From Longimicrobiales bacterium (GTDB lineage Bacteria; Gemmatimonadota; Gemmatimonadetes; Longimicrobiales; Gaopeijiaceae): a stretch of 64,000 nucleotides of DNA. The notes below the pieces were generated by a model, which did no database searches, was not told the origin of the DNA, and saw only the letters and a list, made by a program, of their open reading frames with translations. The translations under genes were made by a program, and so were the position numbers. Of the stretch, positions 45,738 to 55,509 are shown in pieces; the stretch's first letter is position 1, and every line of letters begins with the position of its first letter. The stretch covers positions 64,001 to 128,000 of the forward strand of contig CBDFMQ010000001.1 in NCBI GenBank assembly GCA_965249725.1, in the 5' to 3' direction.

Positions 45738-46796
45738 ATGACACAATTGCCTACCTTGCGGGGCAGGGGCGTCACGCCCAATCCCCCCAACCGATTCGAG
45801 CGCCTTTCGGTGGAGAGGGAGACGTGGAGCTTGGCGGAAGACCCTGCCCCCGAAACCGAATTCCTGGTCGATTCGTCTCGTAGTATCATCGCGACGAACT
45901 CGAGCCCGGACGTTGGGTTCGACGCGAGCGTCAATCCGTATCGCGGGTGTGAACATGGGTGCGTCTACTGCTACGCTCGGCCCACTCACGAGTATCTTGG
46001 CCTGTCGGCAGGGCTGGACTTCGAGTCGAAGATCTTCGTCAAGCGGGATGCGGCCAGGCTCCTACGGAGGGAGCTGCTGTCACCGCGTTGGAAGCCGAAA
46101 CCGCTGGCGCTCTCGGGAGTCACGGATCCCTATCAGCCCATCGAGAGGCGTATGCGCATCACTCGCGGGTGCCTCGAGGTCCTTGCCGAGTTCCGGAATC
46201 CGGTCTTGATCGTCACGAAGAGCTTTCTGGTGACGAGAGACATCGACCTGCTCGTCCAACTGGCCGAACATCAGGCGGTTGGTGTTGCCGTGTCGATTAC
46301 TACCCTGGACCCGAGCCTACACAGCACGATGGAGCCCAGGGCCTCGACCCCGGCGCGCCGTCTGGAGACGATTGGGAAACTGAGCGATGCGGGCATTCCA
46401 GTGGCCGTTTTCGTGGCGCCCATCATTCCGGGGATCAACGATCATGAGATCCCGTCAATTCTCGCGGCGGCCGCGGACCGCGGAGCCACCGCAGCGAGCT
46501 GCGTACCGATTCGACTCCCCTACGCCGTGAAGGACCTCTTCGTGGACTGGCTGGGCCGGAACTTTCCAGATCGGAAGGAGAAAGTCGTCAATCGCATTCG
46601 TGCCATGCGGGGCGGAAGGCTGAACGACCCTCGTCTCGGCTCACGGATGAGGGGTCAGGGACCGATGGCGGATCAGGTGATCGAGCTCTTCAGAGTCGCG
46701 CGCCGGCGTGTGGGTCTCGCCGAGCGGCCCTCGTCCCTGTCCACTCGAGCGTTCCGTCGTCCGGGGGCCGTTGAGCAGCTCGGACTGGGCGTGTGA
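45738..46796 (+). CDS. PA0069/Rv2578c-family radical SAM protein
   Basis: RGRG...NP.NRF, S.NPYRGCEHGCVYCYARPTH, TDPYQP.E, MEPRA. Confidence 0.92.
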   Translation: MTQLPTLRGRGVTPNPPNRFERLSVERETWSLAEDPAPETEFLVDSSRSIIATNSSPDVGFDASVNPYRGCEHGCVYCYARPTHEYLGLSAGLDFESKIFVKRDAARLLRRELLSPRWKPKPLALSGVTDPYQPIERRMRITRGCLEVLAEFRNPVLIVTKSFLVTRDIDLLVQLAEHQAVGVAVSITTLDPSLHSTMEPRASTPARRLETIGKLSDAGIPVAVFVAPIIPGINDHEIPSILAAAADRGATAASCVPIRLPYAVKDLFVDWLGRNFPDRKEKVVNRIRAMRGGRLNDPRLGSRMRGQGPMADQVIELFRVARRRVGLAERPSSLSTRAFRRPGAVEQLGLGV

Positions 46797-46805
46797 GGGG
46801 AGACC

Positions 46806-47522
46806 TCACTCTTCCGGTTGGTCATCCGGATCGGCTAGATGCTGAGCCAGCCGATCCGACTCGCTGACCCTCCCGCCCACCCCGGTGGCCGTCCCGGTCA
46901 TGATCCGAAGCGCCCACACGCTCGCCAACAGACTCACACCCATCGTCAGCAAACCGGCCAAACGGAAGACTCCACCGACCGCCTGGTCCTGGCGCAGCAG
47001 CCCCATGGTCCCAAGCAGGTAGTTCCAGTCGTGACCCGGAGCACCGGGGAACGGCGATACCAACGGTAGCAGCTGGGCTCTGGCGTCAGCGGCGTACGGG
47101 GCGATGTGAGCGAAGTTGGTGCCGAGCCAGAAGAGCGCGACCGTGATGGCGAAGAAGTCTCTCTGGCGGTAGAACATGATTCCGGTCAGGACCGGACAGA
47201 GACACTGGAAGATCGTGCCCCCGGCCACCGTAAGGAATTGGTTCCCAGACCACATGAAGAGCAGGTGCCCGGCCTCGTGGATGGCGAGATTCAGCCCGCC
47301 GAAGATGCTCGAGTAGTCCGGGTCTCCCAGGTGGCGGAACAGAATCCAACCGAGTGGAAGGAGCAGGGGGGCGTAGTACCACCAGACCTTGCCCCGGGTA
47401 GCTTCGATCGTCCACTCGCGGAGGCGCCGCCCGAACGGGCTCCTTTCCGTCGGCTTGGAAGCGGCCCCGGACTCCTGCGTTTCCCCCGTGTATCGGATAC
47501 GGAAGGTCGGTCCTTTCCCCAT
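46806..47522 (-). CDS. Membrane protein with HEXXH motif (M50-like)
   Basis: IHEAGH, AGGT..Q, Y.ADA, HDWNYLL; several TM helices. Confidence 0.75.
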   Translation of the reverse strand: MGKGPTFRIRYTGETQESGAASKPTERSPFGRRLREWTIEATRGKVWWYYAPLLLPLGWILFRHLGDPDYSSIFGGLNLAIHEAGHLLFMWSGNQFLTVAGGTIFQCLCPVLTGIMFYRQRDFFAITVALFWLGTNFAHIAPYAADARAQLLPLVSPFPGAPGHDWNYLLGTMGLLRQDQAVGGVFRLAGLLTMGVSLLASVWALRIMTGTATGVGGRVSESDRLAQHLADPDDQPEE

Positions 47523-47685
47523 GCACTAGAAGATCCGCGCTTTCGCGCCGAACTCAAGGAAGCTGGCTTCGCCCGGTCCCCTCCGATTCGCGGGGATTCG
47601 GCGCGGGCGAAACGAGGGCGATATCATCCTTCGTAGTGTGTGGGGGGGATGGGCATTGAGACGGACCGTAGGAGGAGGTTGGACG

Positions 47686-48180
47686 GTGACACTGGCACTC
47701 GCACTCATCGTGGTGCTCTTCATGGCGGCCGCTCTGTTGGTCATTCCGTTCGGCCTGCCGGGCGTTTGGATCATGGTGCTGCTTCTCCTGACGGGCACCT
47801 TTACCGGTGCCTTGTCATGGACCGTCTGGCTGGTGCTGGTCGGCCTCGCCCTCGTGGCGGAGGTCGGCGAGTTCTGGATACTCAAGCGGATGGGCGATCG
47901 CTACGGTGCGTCGAGGAGTGCCTTCTGGGCGGCCATCTTGGGCGGGTTTCTGGGAGTGATCGTGGGCACGCCGATCCCCGTTATCGGATCCCTCGTGGCC
48001 GGCTTCCTCGGGACCTTCGTAGGGGCGGGCGTCGTGACGTTGTGGGAGTCCCGCTCGCTCGGTGAGGCGTCCCGGGTGGGCGTCGGTGTCCTTCTGGCCC
48101 GCACCCTGGCCATCGGCTTGAAGGTCGGCGTGGGGGTCGCAGTGTTGGTTGTGGGCGGCCTCCGTATGGTCCTCGGCTAG
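47686..48180 (+). CDS. DUF456-family membrane protein
   Basis: PFGLPG.W, YGASR...W.A..GG..G, G.F.GA...E; GTG after AGGAGG. Confidence 0.8.
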   Translation: MTLALALIVVLFMAAALLVIPFGLPGVWIMVLLLLTGTFTGALSWTVWLVLVGLALVAEVGEFWILKRMGDRYGASRSAFWAAILGGFLGVIVGTPIPVIGSLVAGFLGTFVGAGVVTLWESRSLGEASRVGVGVLLARTLAIGLKVGVGVAVLVVGGLRMVLG

Positions 48181-48187
48181 GCGCCTC

Positions 48188-49105
48188 ATGCCTGAGCTGC
48201 CCGAAATCGTCGCCTATCTGGACGCCCTCGAGAGCCGCGTAGTGGACCAGGTGTTGGAGAGGGTCAGAATCCGAACGCCGTCGCTCCTCCGTACCTTCTC
48301 ACCCAAGGTCTCGGAGTTGGAGGGGAAACGCGTCCTGGGAATTCGTAGACTCGGAAAGCGGGTCGTCCTCGAACTGGAGGATGGACTGTTCGCCGTGATC
48401 CACCTCATGATCTCCGGTCGTTTTCAGTGGAAAGAACCCGGTGCCGCCATTCCCAAGAAACGCGCCCACGCAGCACTGGATTTTCCCAACGGGACGCTCC
48501 TCCTCACCGAGGCCAGCACCCACAAGCGGGCCTCGCTCCATGTCGTGCGCGGAGAGGAAGACCTCGCCGTTCTCGACCCGGGCGGCATCGAGCCGCTCGA
48601 GGTCGGGCCGGAGGAATTCCGCGATGCCCTGCTGATGGAAAACCGCACGCTGAAGCGGGCCCTTACAGATCCGAGAATCCTCAGCGGCATCGGAAACGCG
48701 CACTCCGACGAGATTCTCCTCGAGGCGGGCCTCTCTCCGGTCAAACGCACTCGTCAGCTGAACGACGTAGAGGTCGCTCGGCTGTTCGAGGCCACCCGCA
48801 ACTCCCTCACCGAGTGGGTGGCGCGCCTTCGAGACGAGTTTGGTGAGGACTTCCCCAAGAAGATCACGGCCTTCCACCCGGCGATGGGAGCACACGGGAA
48901 GTTCGGTGAGCCGTGCCCTCGATGTGGATCGCCCATCCAGCGAATCGTCTACGGTGAGCGCGAGACCAACTACTGTGCCCCCTGCCAGACAGATGGGAAG
49001 CTCCTCAAGGATCGGGCCTTGTCCCGGATCTTGAGGGAGGATTGGCCCAAGACCCTCGAGGAGCTCGAGGAGGGGCTGGATTCAAGGAGGAAGGGGACCC
49101 TCTAG
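48188..49105 (+). CDS. Fpg/Nei-family DNA glycosylase
   Basis: MPELPE, R.GK, HLM.SG, SGIGNA.SDEIL, zinc finger CPRC...CAPCQ. Confidence 0.93.
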   Translation: MPELPEIVAYLDALESRVVDQVLERVRIRTPSLLRTFSPKVSELEGKRVLGIRRLGKRVVLELEDGLFAVIHLMISGRFQWKEPGAAIPKKRAHAALDFPNGTLLLTEASTHKRASLHVVRGEEDLAVLDPGGIEPLEVGPEEFRDALLMENRTLKRALTDPRILSGIGNAHSDEILLEAGLSPVKRTRQLNDVEVARLFEATRNSLTEWVARLRDEFGEDFPKKITAFHPAMGAHGKFGEPCPRCGSPIQRIVYGERETNYCAPCQTDGKLLKDRALSRILREDWPKTLEELEEGLDSRRKGTL

Positions 49106-49127
49106 AGACCGCCGTGCTCCGCTACGC

Positions 49128-49823
49128 CTACTCCTCGTCGTTTTCTACCTCTATCTCGACTTCCCGTCGGGCTTCCACGTCGGCGTCCACCTTCGCATCT
49201 CGCGACTCTCGCCGACCGCGACCGCGGCGACCCTCTCTCGACTTCTCGCGATTGCCGCCCCGTCTCCGCTTCCGTGTTTCCCGTCGGGCTTCCTTCATGT
49301 CCTGAACGGCTTTCTCGAGGATTTCGTTCATTCTCGCCAGGTCCTCCGGTTCGGCACCCCACTGCACGGCCTGGTCGAAGGTGAGTTGTGCCAGTCGCGA
49401 GAACGACTTGGAGAGGTCCTTCATGTCTCGGCCGAAGAAGCGGTCCGTGAAGTGCTCCACGCGCTCGAAGACGTCGTCGATGACGTCCTCGTTGTCGTCG
49501 AGGTAGGCCTGCCCCTCTTCCGTAATGGTGTACGTCTTCTTCCCGTCCTTCTCCGCCACCGTGACGTAGCCCTCGTCCTCCAAGAGCTGTAGGGTCGGGT
49601 ACACCGATCCTGGGCTGGGTCGGTAATAGCCACCCGATTCCTTCTCGAGGGCCTTCATGACCTCGTATCCGTGCATCGGCTGCTCGGAAACGAGTCGTAG
49701 GATGACGAACTTCAGGTCACCACGCTCGAAGATCTTCCACTTGGCGTGCCGTCGGCCGTGTCGGCGACGCGGTCCGAACATGAAGGCGTCGAAGTCGAAA
49801 CTGTAGTCGGATGCACAGAACAT
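49128..49823 (-). CDS. PadR-family transcriptional regulator
   Basis: RGDLKF.IL.L....PMHGYE.M......GG.Y.PSPGSVYPTLQLLEDEG; ATG after GGAGG. Confidence 0.92.
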   Translation of the reverse strand: MFCASDYSFDFDAFMFGPRRRHGRRHAKWKIFERGDLKFVILRLVSEQPMHGYEVMKALEKESGGYYRPSPGSVYPTLQLLEDEGYVTVAEKDGKKTYTITEEGQAYLDDNEDVIDDVFERVEHFTDRFFGRDMKDLSKSFSRLAQLTFDQAVQWGAEPEDLARMNEILEKAVQDMKEARRETRKRRRGGNREKSREGRRGRGRRESRDAKVDADVEARREVEIEVENDEE

Positions 49824-49857
49824 CTTCCCAAACCTCCCACAAAATTTTGAATATCGT

Positions 49858-49913
49858 GTCGATATATCGACTATACATGTCATAACGATACACTTAACGA
49901 TATATCGTGTCAA
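49858..49913 (-). promoter_or_regulatory. padR promoter with two CGATATATCG palindromes
   Basis: TTGACA (49913-49908)-N17-TATCGT; GTCGATATATCGAC at 49858-49871 and ACGATATATCGT at 49897-49908. Confidence 0.8.
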
Positions 49914-49925
49914 CTCCAAGTGAAG

Positions 49926-49956
49926 AAAAACGCCGACGGGCTAAGCCCCTCGGCGT
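49926..49956 (-). terminator. Intrinsic terminator
   Basis: ACGCCGA.GGGC/GCCC.TCGGCGT hairpin followed by T5 on the minus strand. Confidence 0.7.
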
Positions 49957-49993
49957 CCTTCGAATTGGAGAAGCAGCTACTCCCGAGAGTGGG

Positions 49994-51265
49994 TCAGGGC
50001 CCGCCTCTCCGCCTGGCTTTGCGACCCTTCGCTTTGGATCCCGACGAAGACGGCCCGGAGCGAGAGGGCGCTGCCGAAGGTCCACTCGAGGAGCTGCTCG
50101 GTGGGCGAGCCGCCGCACCCGAACCCGAGGAGCTGCTCCCGGACCCCCGCGTATATCCGCGGCCTCGGACGGCCCTCGGGCTTCCTGACCCGGCGTCCTG
50201 GTCGCGACGCCCGACGACCACGACCGTCGGGCGATAGCTGCCGTAACCTCCATAGCCGAACCCGTATCCTCCGTATCCGATGCCGTACCCGAATCCGTAC
50301 CCGTAGGGGGAATAGTATCCGGACCCGGCGTACGGCGAGTAGAAGGGGCTCAGCAGGTAGGGGTCGTAGAAGAACGGGTCGTAGTAGCGCCCGTATCCGT
50401 ACCGCGCCCGTCCAGCGCCACCGTAGCGCGCACCGCGGGTGTAGTCGGACTCGGCGAACTCCGTATCACCGCCCATGCCACGGTCTATGACGAAGTGATC
50501 GGGGTAGGAGACCGCCACCACCATGTCGATGACATTCTCCGCCACACCGGCGTTCGCCAGAGCAATCAATCGGCTGGCATCCAGGTCGAACTGGTCGCCC
50601 CGTTCGACGACCCACGCCTCGACGGCCTTCGCATCGATGTGCTCGGAGGCATCGACCACGTCGTCGATCGTGATGGGGGACGACGCGGCGACGCGGGCGA
50701 ACTGTTGGGTCTGGACGCGGTTGGCAGCGATTCCCTGGAGCCCGGCCGCCTCGACGGCCTCACGGGTCGCCAACTGGTACCGGAGCACCCAGGGGACACT
50801 CTCCCCCTCGAGCTCGACGCTTCGCACGTCCATCCACTCATACGGCGACGCCATCGACATCAGGCCGGTGGAGTTCCGTTGTAGACCACCCTCGCACGTG
50901 AGTTCAGTACGGAGATAAACGCGGCGTCCATCGTCCGAAAATGAGGCTCTCTCCCAGCCCTCACACGCCTCGCGACTCGTCTCCCGGTTCATGCCATCCG
51001 CCCGGACGGCTTCCTGGGCGACGATGTCACCGCCGGTCACTGTCAGCATCTCCACGCCCTCACCACCGGGAACGGGGCGCAAACACAACATCGGAGCGTC
51101 GCTGTCGGTGGTCTCGGTCACGGGCCCCCAGCACCCGAGCCACGGGAGCCACCGGGCGTCGTAGTCCTGATCCTGGGTCGCGGCCGGCTGCACCATCAGA
51201 ATTGCCAATGCGCCGGCGAGAAGCGTTCCGGTGCTCACCGTCCAAATGTCTCGATGCACGCTCAT
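49994..51265 (-). CDS. Exported hypothetical protein with Tyr/Gly-rich and Ser/Arg-rich tail
   Basis: Signal peptide, RWLPWLGCW motif, four Cys, low-complexity C-terminus. Confidence 0.8.
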   Translation of the reverse strand: MSVHRDIWTVSTGTLLAGALAILMVQPAATQDQDYDARWLPWLGCWGPVTETTDSDAPMLCLRPVPGGEGVEMLTVTGGDIVAQEAVRADGMNRETSREACEGWERASFSDDGRRVYLRTELTCEGGLQRNSTGLMSMASPYEWMDVRSVELEGESVPWVLRYQLATREAVEAAGLQGIAANRVQTQQFARVAASSPITIDDVVDASEHIDAKAVEAWVVERGDQFDLDASRLIALANAGVAENVIDMVVAVSYPDHFVIDRGMGGDTEFAESDYTRGARYGGAGRARYGYGRYYDPFFYDPYLLSPFYSPYAGSGYYSPYGYGFGYGIGYGGYGFGYGGYGSYRPTVVVVGRRDQDAGSGSPRAVRGRGYTRGSGSSSSGSGAAARPPSSSSSGPSAAPSRSGPSSSGSKAKGRKARRRGGP

Positions 51266-51284
51266 CGTCACAGTCCCTTTCCGC

Positions 51285-52046
51285 CTAGAAGCGAAACGAC
51301 AATCCCAATGTAGCCTGGAAGCCACCGAGATCGATGCTGTCGAAGTCTACGAAGTCCCGTCCCATGTCCATCTTACCCCAGGAATAACGTCCCTCACCCG
51401 TCAACACCACCTTAGAACTGAGCGACAGGTCCACTCCCGAAAACACGTGTGCCGTACCGGTCGTACCCACGGACTCGAGCCGGGCGCCGAAGACGTCGAG
51501 GGTCTCGAAGTCCACGAAGGCGCCCTCCTGCTCGAAGCTATACCATATCGCCCCGCCACCCGCACCTAGGTACGGCGACCACCGCTCGGGAACCCATACG
51601 AACCGGCTGACGGAACGACCTCTGTCGCGCAGGTAGTACTTTACGCTCAGCGTGGTAGGAACCCGCGTAAACGTCGTGGTCTGTTCGATGGGAAGGTCGT
51701 CGAGGTCCACCCAGTCGCGGAATTCGGACCGCTGGCTTGTGTGGGTGACGCTCACTCCGACCGCGATGTCCAGACGTTCGGTCGCTCGAACAGCGAAATC
51801 CGCTCCCCATGCGGAAGAGGCGAAGTCGTTCGTCTCCAGCGTCAGTTGCTCGCGGGCGAAGTCGAAAATCTCGCTTTCGGCCTGGGGAAGCGCGTACCCG
51901 CCCTTTATCCCGAAGGAGTACATCGGCCTCTGGAAGAGGAAGCCAGGGCCGCCGGACTGCCCCGAGGCGGCCACGGGGGCCGTAAGCACGGCAGCGACCG
52001 CAGCCAGGAGAACTCCCCGCCGTAGTCGTTTGCTGTGAGCGTTCAC
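51285..52046 (-). CDS. Outer-membrane beta-barrel protein
   Basis: Signal peptide, amphipathic strands, PYLGAGGG, terminal LSFRF. Confidence 0.82.
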   Translation of the reverse strand: MNAHSKRLRRGVLLAAVAAVLTAPVAASGQSGGPGFLFQRPMYSFGIKGGYALPQAESEIFDFAREQLTLETNDFASSAWGADFAVRATERLDIAVGVSVTHTSQRSEFRDWVDLDDLPIEQTTTFTRVPTTLSVKYYLRDRGRSVSRFVWVPERWSPYLGAGGGAIWYSFEQEGAFVDFETLDVFGARLESVGTTGTAHVFSGVDLSLSSKVVLTGEGRYSWGKMDMGRDFVDFDSIDLGGFQATLGLSFRF

Positions 52047-52348
52047 GTCATACCTCCAGGCGATGACCGACGTTTTGACATTACCCGAGAGCAGCCTGGT
52101 CGACCAGGGCTGAGCATCTCGGACTCTGCTCCTCTATGGACCCGAAAAGCAAGATGCATGCCGAGTGTCGAAATCTAGTAATACCGCGTGTTTCCTGGCC
52201 TAGCGGCCTGCTCCTGTGACCCGTGTCGGGGACAGTGGGTGTCACCGAGTGCGGACGGTGGGAGGCGGGCCTCTGGCCTGGACGGAGGGACCCTCCCATC
52301 CTAACCGTGTATTCTCAAGCTCTCGCTTCTCTTTGCCGGATGGATCGC

Positions 52349-54763
52349 ATGTCTTCCCGATGCCGCATCTTCTCGTTGCTCACCTGTCTGTTGCTCGCAG
52401 GGTCCGTCGAACTCGCCGCTCAGGATGGTTACTCCAGCTCGGTGGGGATCGTCGGTGGCGATGTGCTCGTCGTGAAGACCGATTTCGGGCAAGGGCCTGC
52501 CTCGGTGTATGTCTATCGGTCTGCCGGAAACGGTAGTTGGGAGCTGGCCGACGGTTTGACCTCTGCTGACGGGGCTGCGACCGGCGAGGGCTTCAGCCCT
52601 TCTATGACACTCTCCGGCGACCTTCTCCTGGTGGGTGCAGGCGACGCGGAGGGGCGGTGGGGTGCCCACGCGTTCCGACGCGGTGGGGCGGAAAACTGGG
52701 ATCGTGCGGAGAGCGTTGCCCTGATCGAGGGTGAGCCGGGCGCCGGTGAATGGAATGTCGCCGCGCTCATGCAGATCATGCAGCCGCCTGCGCGTTCGGT
52801 GGCCTCCGACGGGAATCGGGCACTGGTGGCGATTGTAGGCGGGCCGAGACGCTCCACGGGCGTGCGCGTTTTCGAGCGGGAGGACGGGTCGGAGAGCTGG
52901 GTACAGCGTGCCCGTTTCGAGCGTACCGAGATCGAGGGTAATGATCGGTTCGGCGCCGCCTTGGCGGTATCCGGCGATATCGCTCTTGTGGGCACCCCCG
53001 AACACGGTGCTTCTGGAGCCGTCTACGTATTCGTACGCGATGCTCCGTCCGGTGTTTGGCGCCAGGAGGCGATCCTCTCCGCCGCAGACATAGCACCGGA
53101 AAGCCGATTCGGAGCCATGGTGGCCTTTGATGGGAGCATTGCGGTGGTCGGCATTCCCGGGACGGGCGAAACGGAGGGCCGCGTGCGGGCCTATGCTCGG
53201 GACGCCACAAGTGGCATCTGGACAGAGGAGAGTGGGCGGTCGTCACCCGACCCCACCGCCGGTGACCGTTTCGGGACCACCCTGGCTCTCAATGGGAACG
53301 AGGTCTTGATCGGCGCACCGGGTGCTCAGGAAGGCAGGGGATCGGTATACCGCTTCCAGCGGGATTCGGCTGCTGGCCCCTGGATGCCGGCGGGCGAGCT
53401 CTCGGCTTCCGGAGCGGCCGCTGGCTTCGGTCTTGGCTCGGCCGTGGCCTTGTCAGGTGACGTAGCCGTGGCGGGTGCCCCTGGCGCGGCTTTCGGGAGG
53501 GGCCAGGCTGCGGTCTACTCGCGGACCCCCGCCGGCGGCTGGAGTCAGCCCGAGTGGCTCAGCCTCACGTCGGACCTGACCCTCATTGCAGGTGAAGAGG
53601 TGCCGTGTTCCGACGGTCGGGCCGAGCGCTTCGAGTGCAGTGACGTCGATCTCCTCGCGTTTCTGCCACTCGAGGAACTGGGACTACGCCCTGGGGCCGG
53701 AGGTCCATTGGGTGGTGTCTCGGACGTCTGGGGGTGGACTGACCCGCAGACGCGCCGGGAGTACGCGCTCGTGGGCCGTCGTGGCGGAGCGGGCATCGTC
53801 GACATCACCAACCCGAGTTCTCCGACCTATCTCGGGCTGGTTCTAGCCGAAGGGGGGTCAGCCCAGGACATCAAGGTATACGCCGATCACGCTTTCTTCA
53901 TCGGAAGCGGGAATACCGGCATGGGGGTGTTCGACCTGAGCCGGATTCGTGATGTGACGAATCCACCGGTGACCTGGGAGATCGACGCCCGCTACGGTGG
54001 GATCGCAGCTGCACACAACCTGGTCATCGATGTGGAGAGTGGCTTCGCCTACCCGGTGGGTGCGACCGGTGGGGGCGACACGTGCGGTGGTGGCCTCCAC
54101 ATGATCGACATCAGAGAGCCGGTGAACCCGACCTTTGCGGGATGCTACACCGACACCGAGGGTCTCATCTGGGCGGGTCGCACACACGATGGCCAGTGCG
54201 TCGAGTACATCGGGCCGGACGAGGACTTCCAGGGCCGCCAGATCTGCTTCGCCTCGAACGAGACGGCGCTTCGCATCGTAGACGTTACCGACAAGGATGC
54301 GCCCGCCGCCCTCGCTGCGGCGACCTACCCCGGCATGGCGTACATCCACCAGGGATGGCTCACGGAGGATCAGCGCTACTACTACATGAACGACGAATTG
54401 GACGAGCTCACCGGACTGGCTCCCACCACGCGGACATTGGTGTGGGACGTCGCGGAACTGGACGACCCCATTCTGGTCAATGAGTACTTCGGCCCGACGA
54501 GAGCCACCGATCACAATCTGTATATCAAGGGCGATCGCATGTACCAGGCAAACTACCAGGCCGGGTTCCGGGTCGTGGACATCAGTGATCGGGAGAATCC
54601 CGAAGAGATCGGTTATTTCGATACGACTCCGTACGAGGGGAATCCGCCGACCATGGGTGGTGCGTTCAGCGCTTACCCGTACTTCGAGAGCGGAACTGTC
54701 ATCGTAACCAGCTCCCAGGAAGGGCTGTTCATTCTTCGGCCTGCCAGACGGCCCGTGTTCTAG
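52349..54763 (+). CDS. Choice-of-anchor B family protein with FG-GAP repeats
   Basis: FG..(L/V)A..G...(L/V)G.P repeats; SDVWGWTDP...REYALVG, HN, THD.QC, YIHQGW, DELDE, HNLY, SAYPYF.SG. Confidence 0.88.
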   Translation: MSSRCRIFSLLTCLLLAGSVELAAQDGYSSSVGIVGGDVLVVKTDFGQGPASVYVYRSAGNGSWELADGLTSADGAATGEGFSPSMTLSGDLLLVGAGDAEGRWGAHAFRRGGAENWDRAESVALIEGEPGAGEWNVAALMQIMQPPARSVASDGNRALVAIVGGPRRSTGVRVFEREDGSESWVQRARFERTEIEGNDRFGAALAVSGDIALVGTPEHGASGAVYVFVRDAPSGVWRQEAILSAADIAPESRFGAMVAFDGSIAVVGIPGTGETEGRVRAYARDATSGIWTEESGRSSPDPTAGDRFGTTLALNGNEVLIGAPGAQEGRGSVYRFQRDSAAGPWMPAGELSASGAAAGFGLGSAVALSGDVAVAGAPGAAFGRGQAAVYSRTPAGGWSQPEWLSLTSDLTLIAGEEVPCSDGRAERFECSDVDLLAFLPLEELGLRPGAGGPLGGVSDVWGWTDPQTRREYALVGRRGGAGIVDITNPSSPTYLGLVLAEGGSAQDIKVYADHAFFIGSGNTGMGVFDLSRIRDVTNPPVTWEIDARYGGIAAAHNLVIDVESGFAYPVGATGGGDTCGGGLHMIDIREPVNPTFAGCYTDTEGLIWAGRTHDGQCVEYIGPDEDFQGRQICFASNETALRIVDVTDKDAPAALAAATYPGMAYIHQGWLTEDQRYYYMNDELDELTGLAPTTRTLVWDVAELDDPILVNEYFGPTRATDHNLYIKGDRMYQANYQAGFRVVDISDRENPEEIGYFDTTPYEGNPPTMGGAFSAYPYFESGTVIVTSSQEGLFILRPARRPVF

Positions 54764-54790
54764 GATCGGGTCGTCGCCTCGGAGTCGGAT

Positions 54791-54850
54791 GCCGGGTTGG
54801 CCGCCGGGTTGGCCGCCGGGTTGGCCACCGGGTTGGCCGGCGGGTTGGCC
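54791..54850. repeat. Intergenic 12-bp tandem repeat (GCCGGGTTGGCC x5)
   Basis: Three perfect copies and two with one mismatch, no spacers. Confidence 0.9.
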
Positions 54851-54960
54851 CCGGGGTCTTGGGAACCGGGCATCGCGATTTTATCTTCGTGGATTCATCT
54901 GACGGCGAGTGTCCCTTTGACGACTCGCGGCGGTCGTCGAATCGTACACCAGAGTAGGGG

Positions 54961-55344
54961 ATGGAAATGAAGCGAATTTCCTTGACGTTGGCAGGACTCG
55001 CCGTTGCCCTCATGAGCGCATCCAGCCTCCAGGCCCAGATGCCTGATGGGGTTACCGATGCCATGGTAGCGGAGGGTCAGACGGTCTATATGGGTGCCGG
55101 ACTCTGTGCTGCGTGCCATGGCATGGACGGCTCCGGTGCGATTGGTCCGAACCTTACCGATAGTGAGTGGCTGACGGGTGGCGGGAGCTATCCCGAGCTC
55201 ATCGACCAGATCAACAAAGGCGTCTCCGCGGCGGAGATAAAGAACTCCATGGGCGCGATCATGCCTCCCAAGGGTGGTTCTGCCATCACCGATGACCAGG
55301 TGAAGGCGGTCGCCGCATACGTCTGGAAGCTCAGCAACGGCTGA
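54961..55344 (+). CDS. Mono-heme cytochrome c
   Basis: Signal peptide, CAACH, GPNLTD..W, distal MPPKG; start may be 54967. Confidence 0.92.
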   Translation: MEMKRISLTLAGLAVALMSASSLQAQMPDGVTDAMVAEGQTVYMGAGLCAACHGMDGSGAIGPNLTDSEWLTGGGSYPELIDQINKGVSAAEIKNSMGAIMPPKGGSAITDDQVKAVAAYVWKLSNG

Positions 55345-55370
55345 CCCACCGAGCAGAATTCGGGGTGGTA

Positions 55371-55409
55371 GAGCCCGCCGGACTTCGAGTCCGGCGGGCT
55401 TCTGTTTTT
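55371..55409 (+). terminator. Intrinsic terminator
   Basis: AGCCCGCCGGAC-TTCGA-GTCCGGCGGGCT followed by TCTGTTTTT. Confidence 0.85.
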
Positions 55410-55509
55410 GGGAGGCCTCTGATCTGGCGGGCTTCTTACCTTGCCAGGGTTAGCCACTTTGTTGGACAGAGTACTTGTCGTTGCTAGGAGTCATGCCTAG
55501 CATTGGAGC

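Noticed and set aside
54791..54850. CRISPR array
   Set aside because: 12-bp units with no spacers and no cas genes
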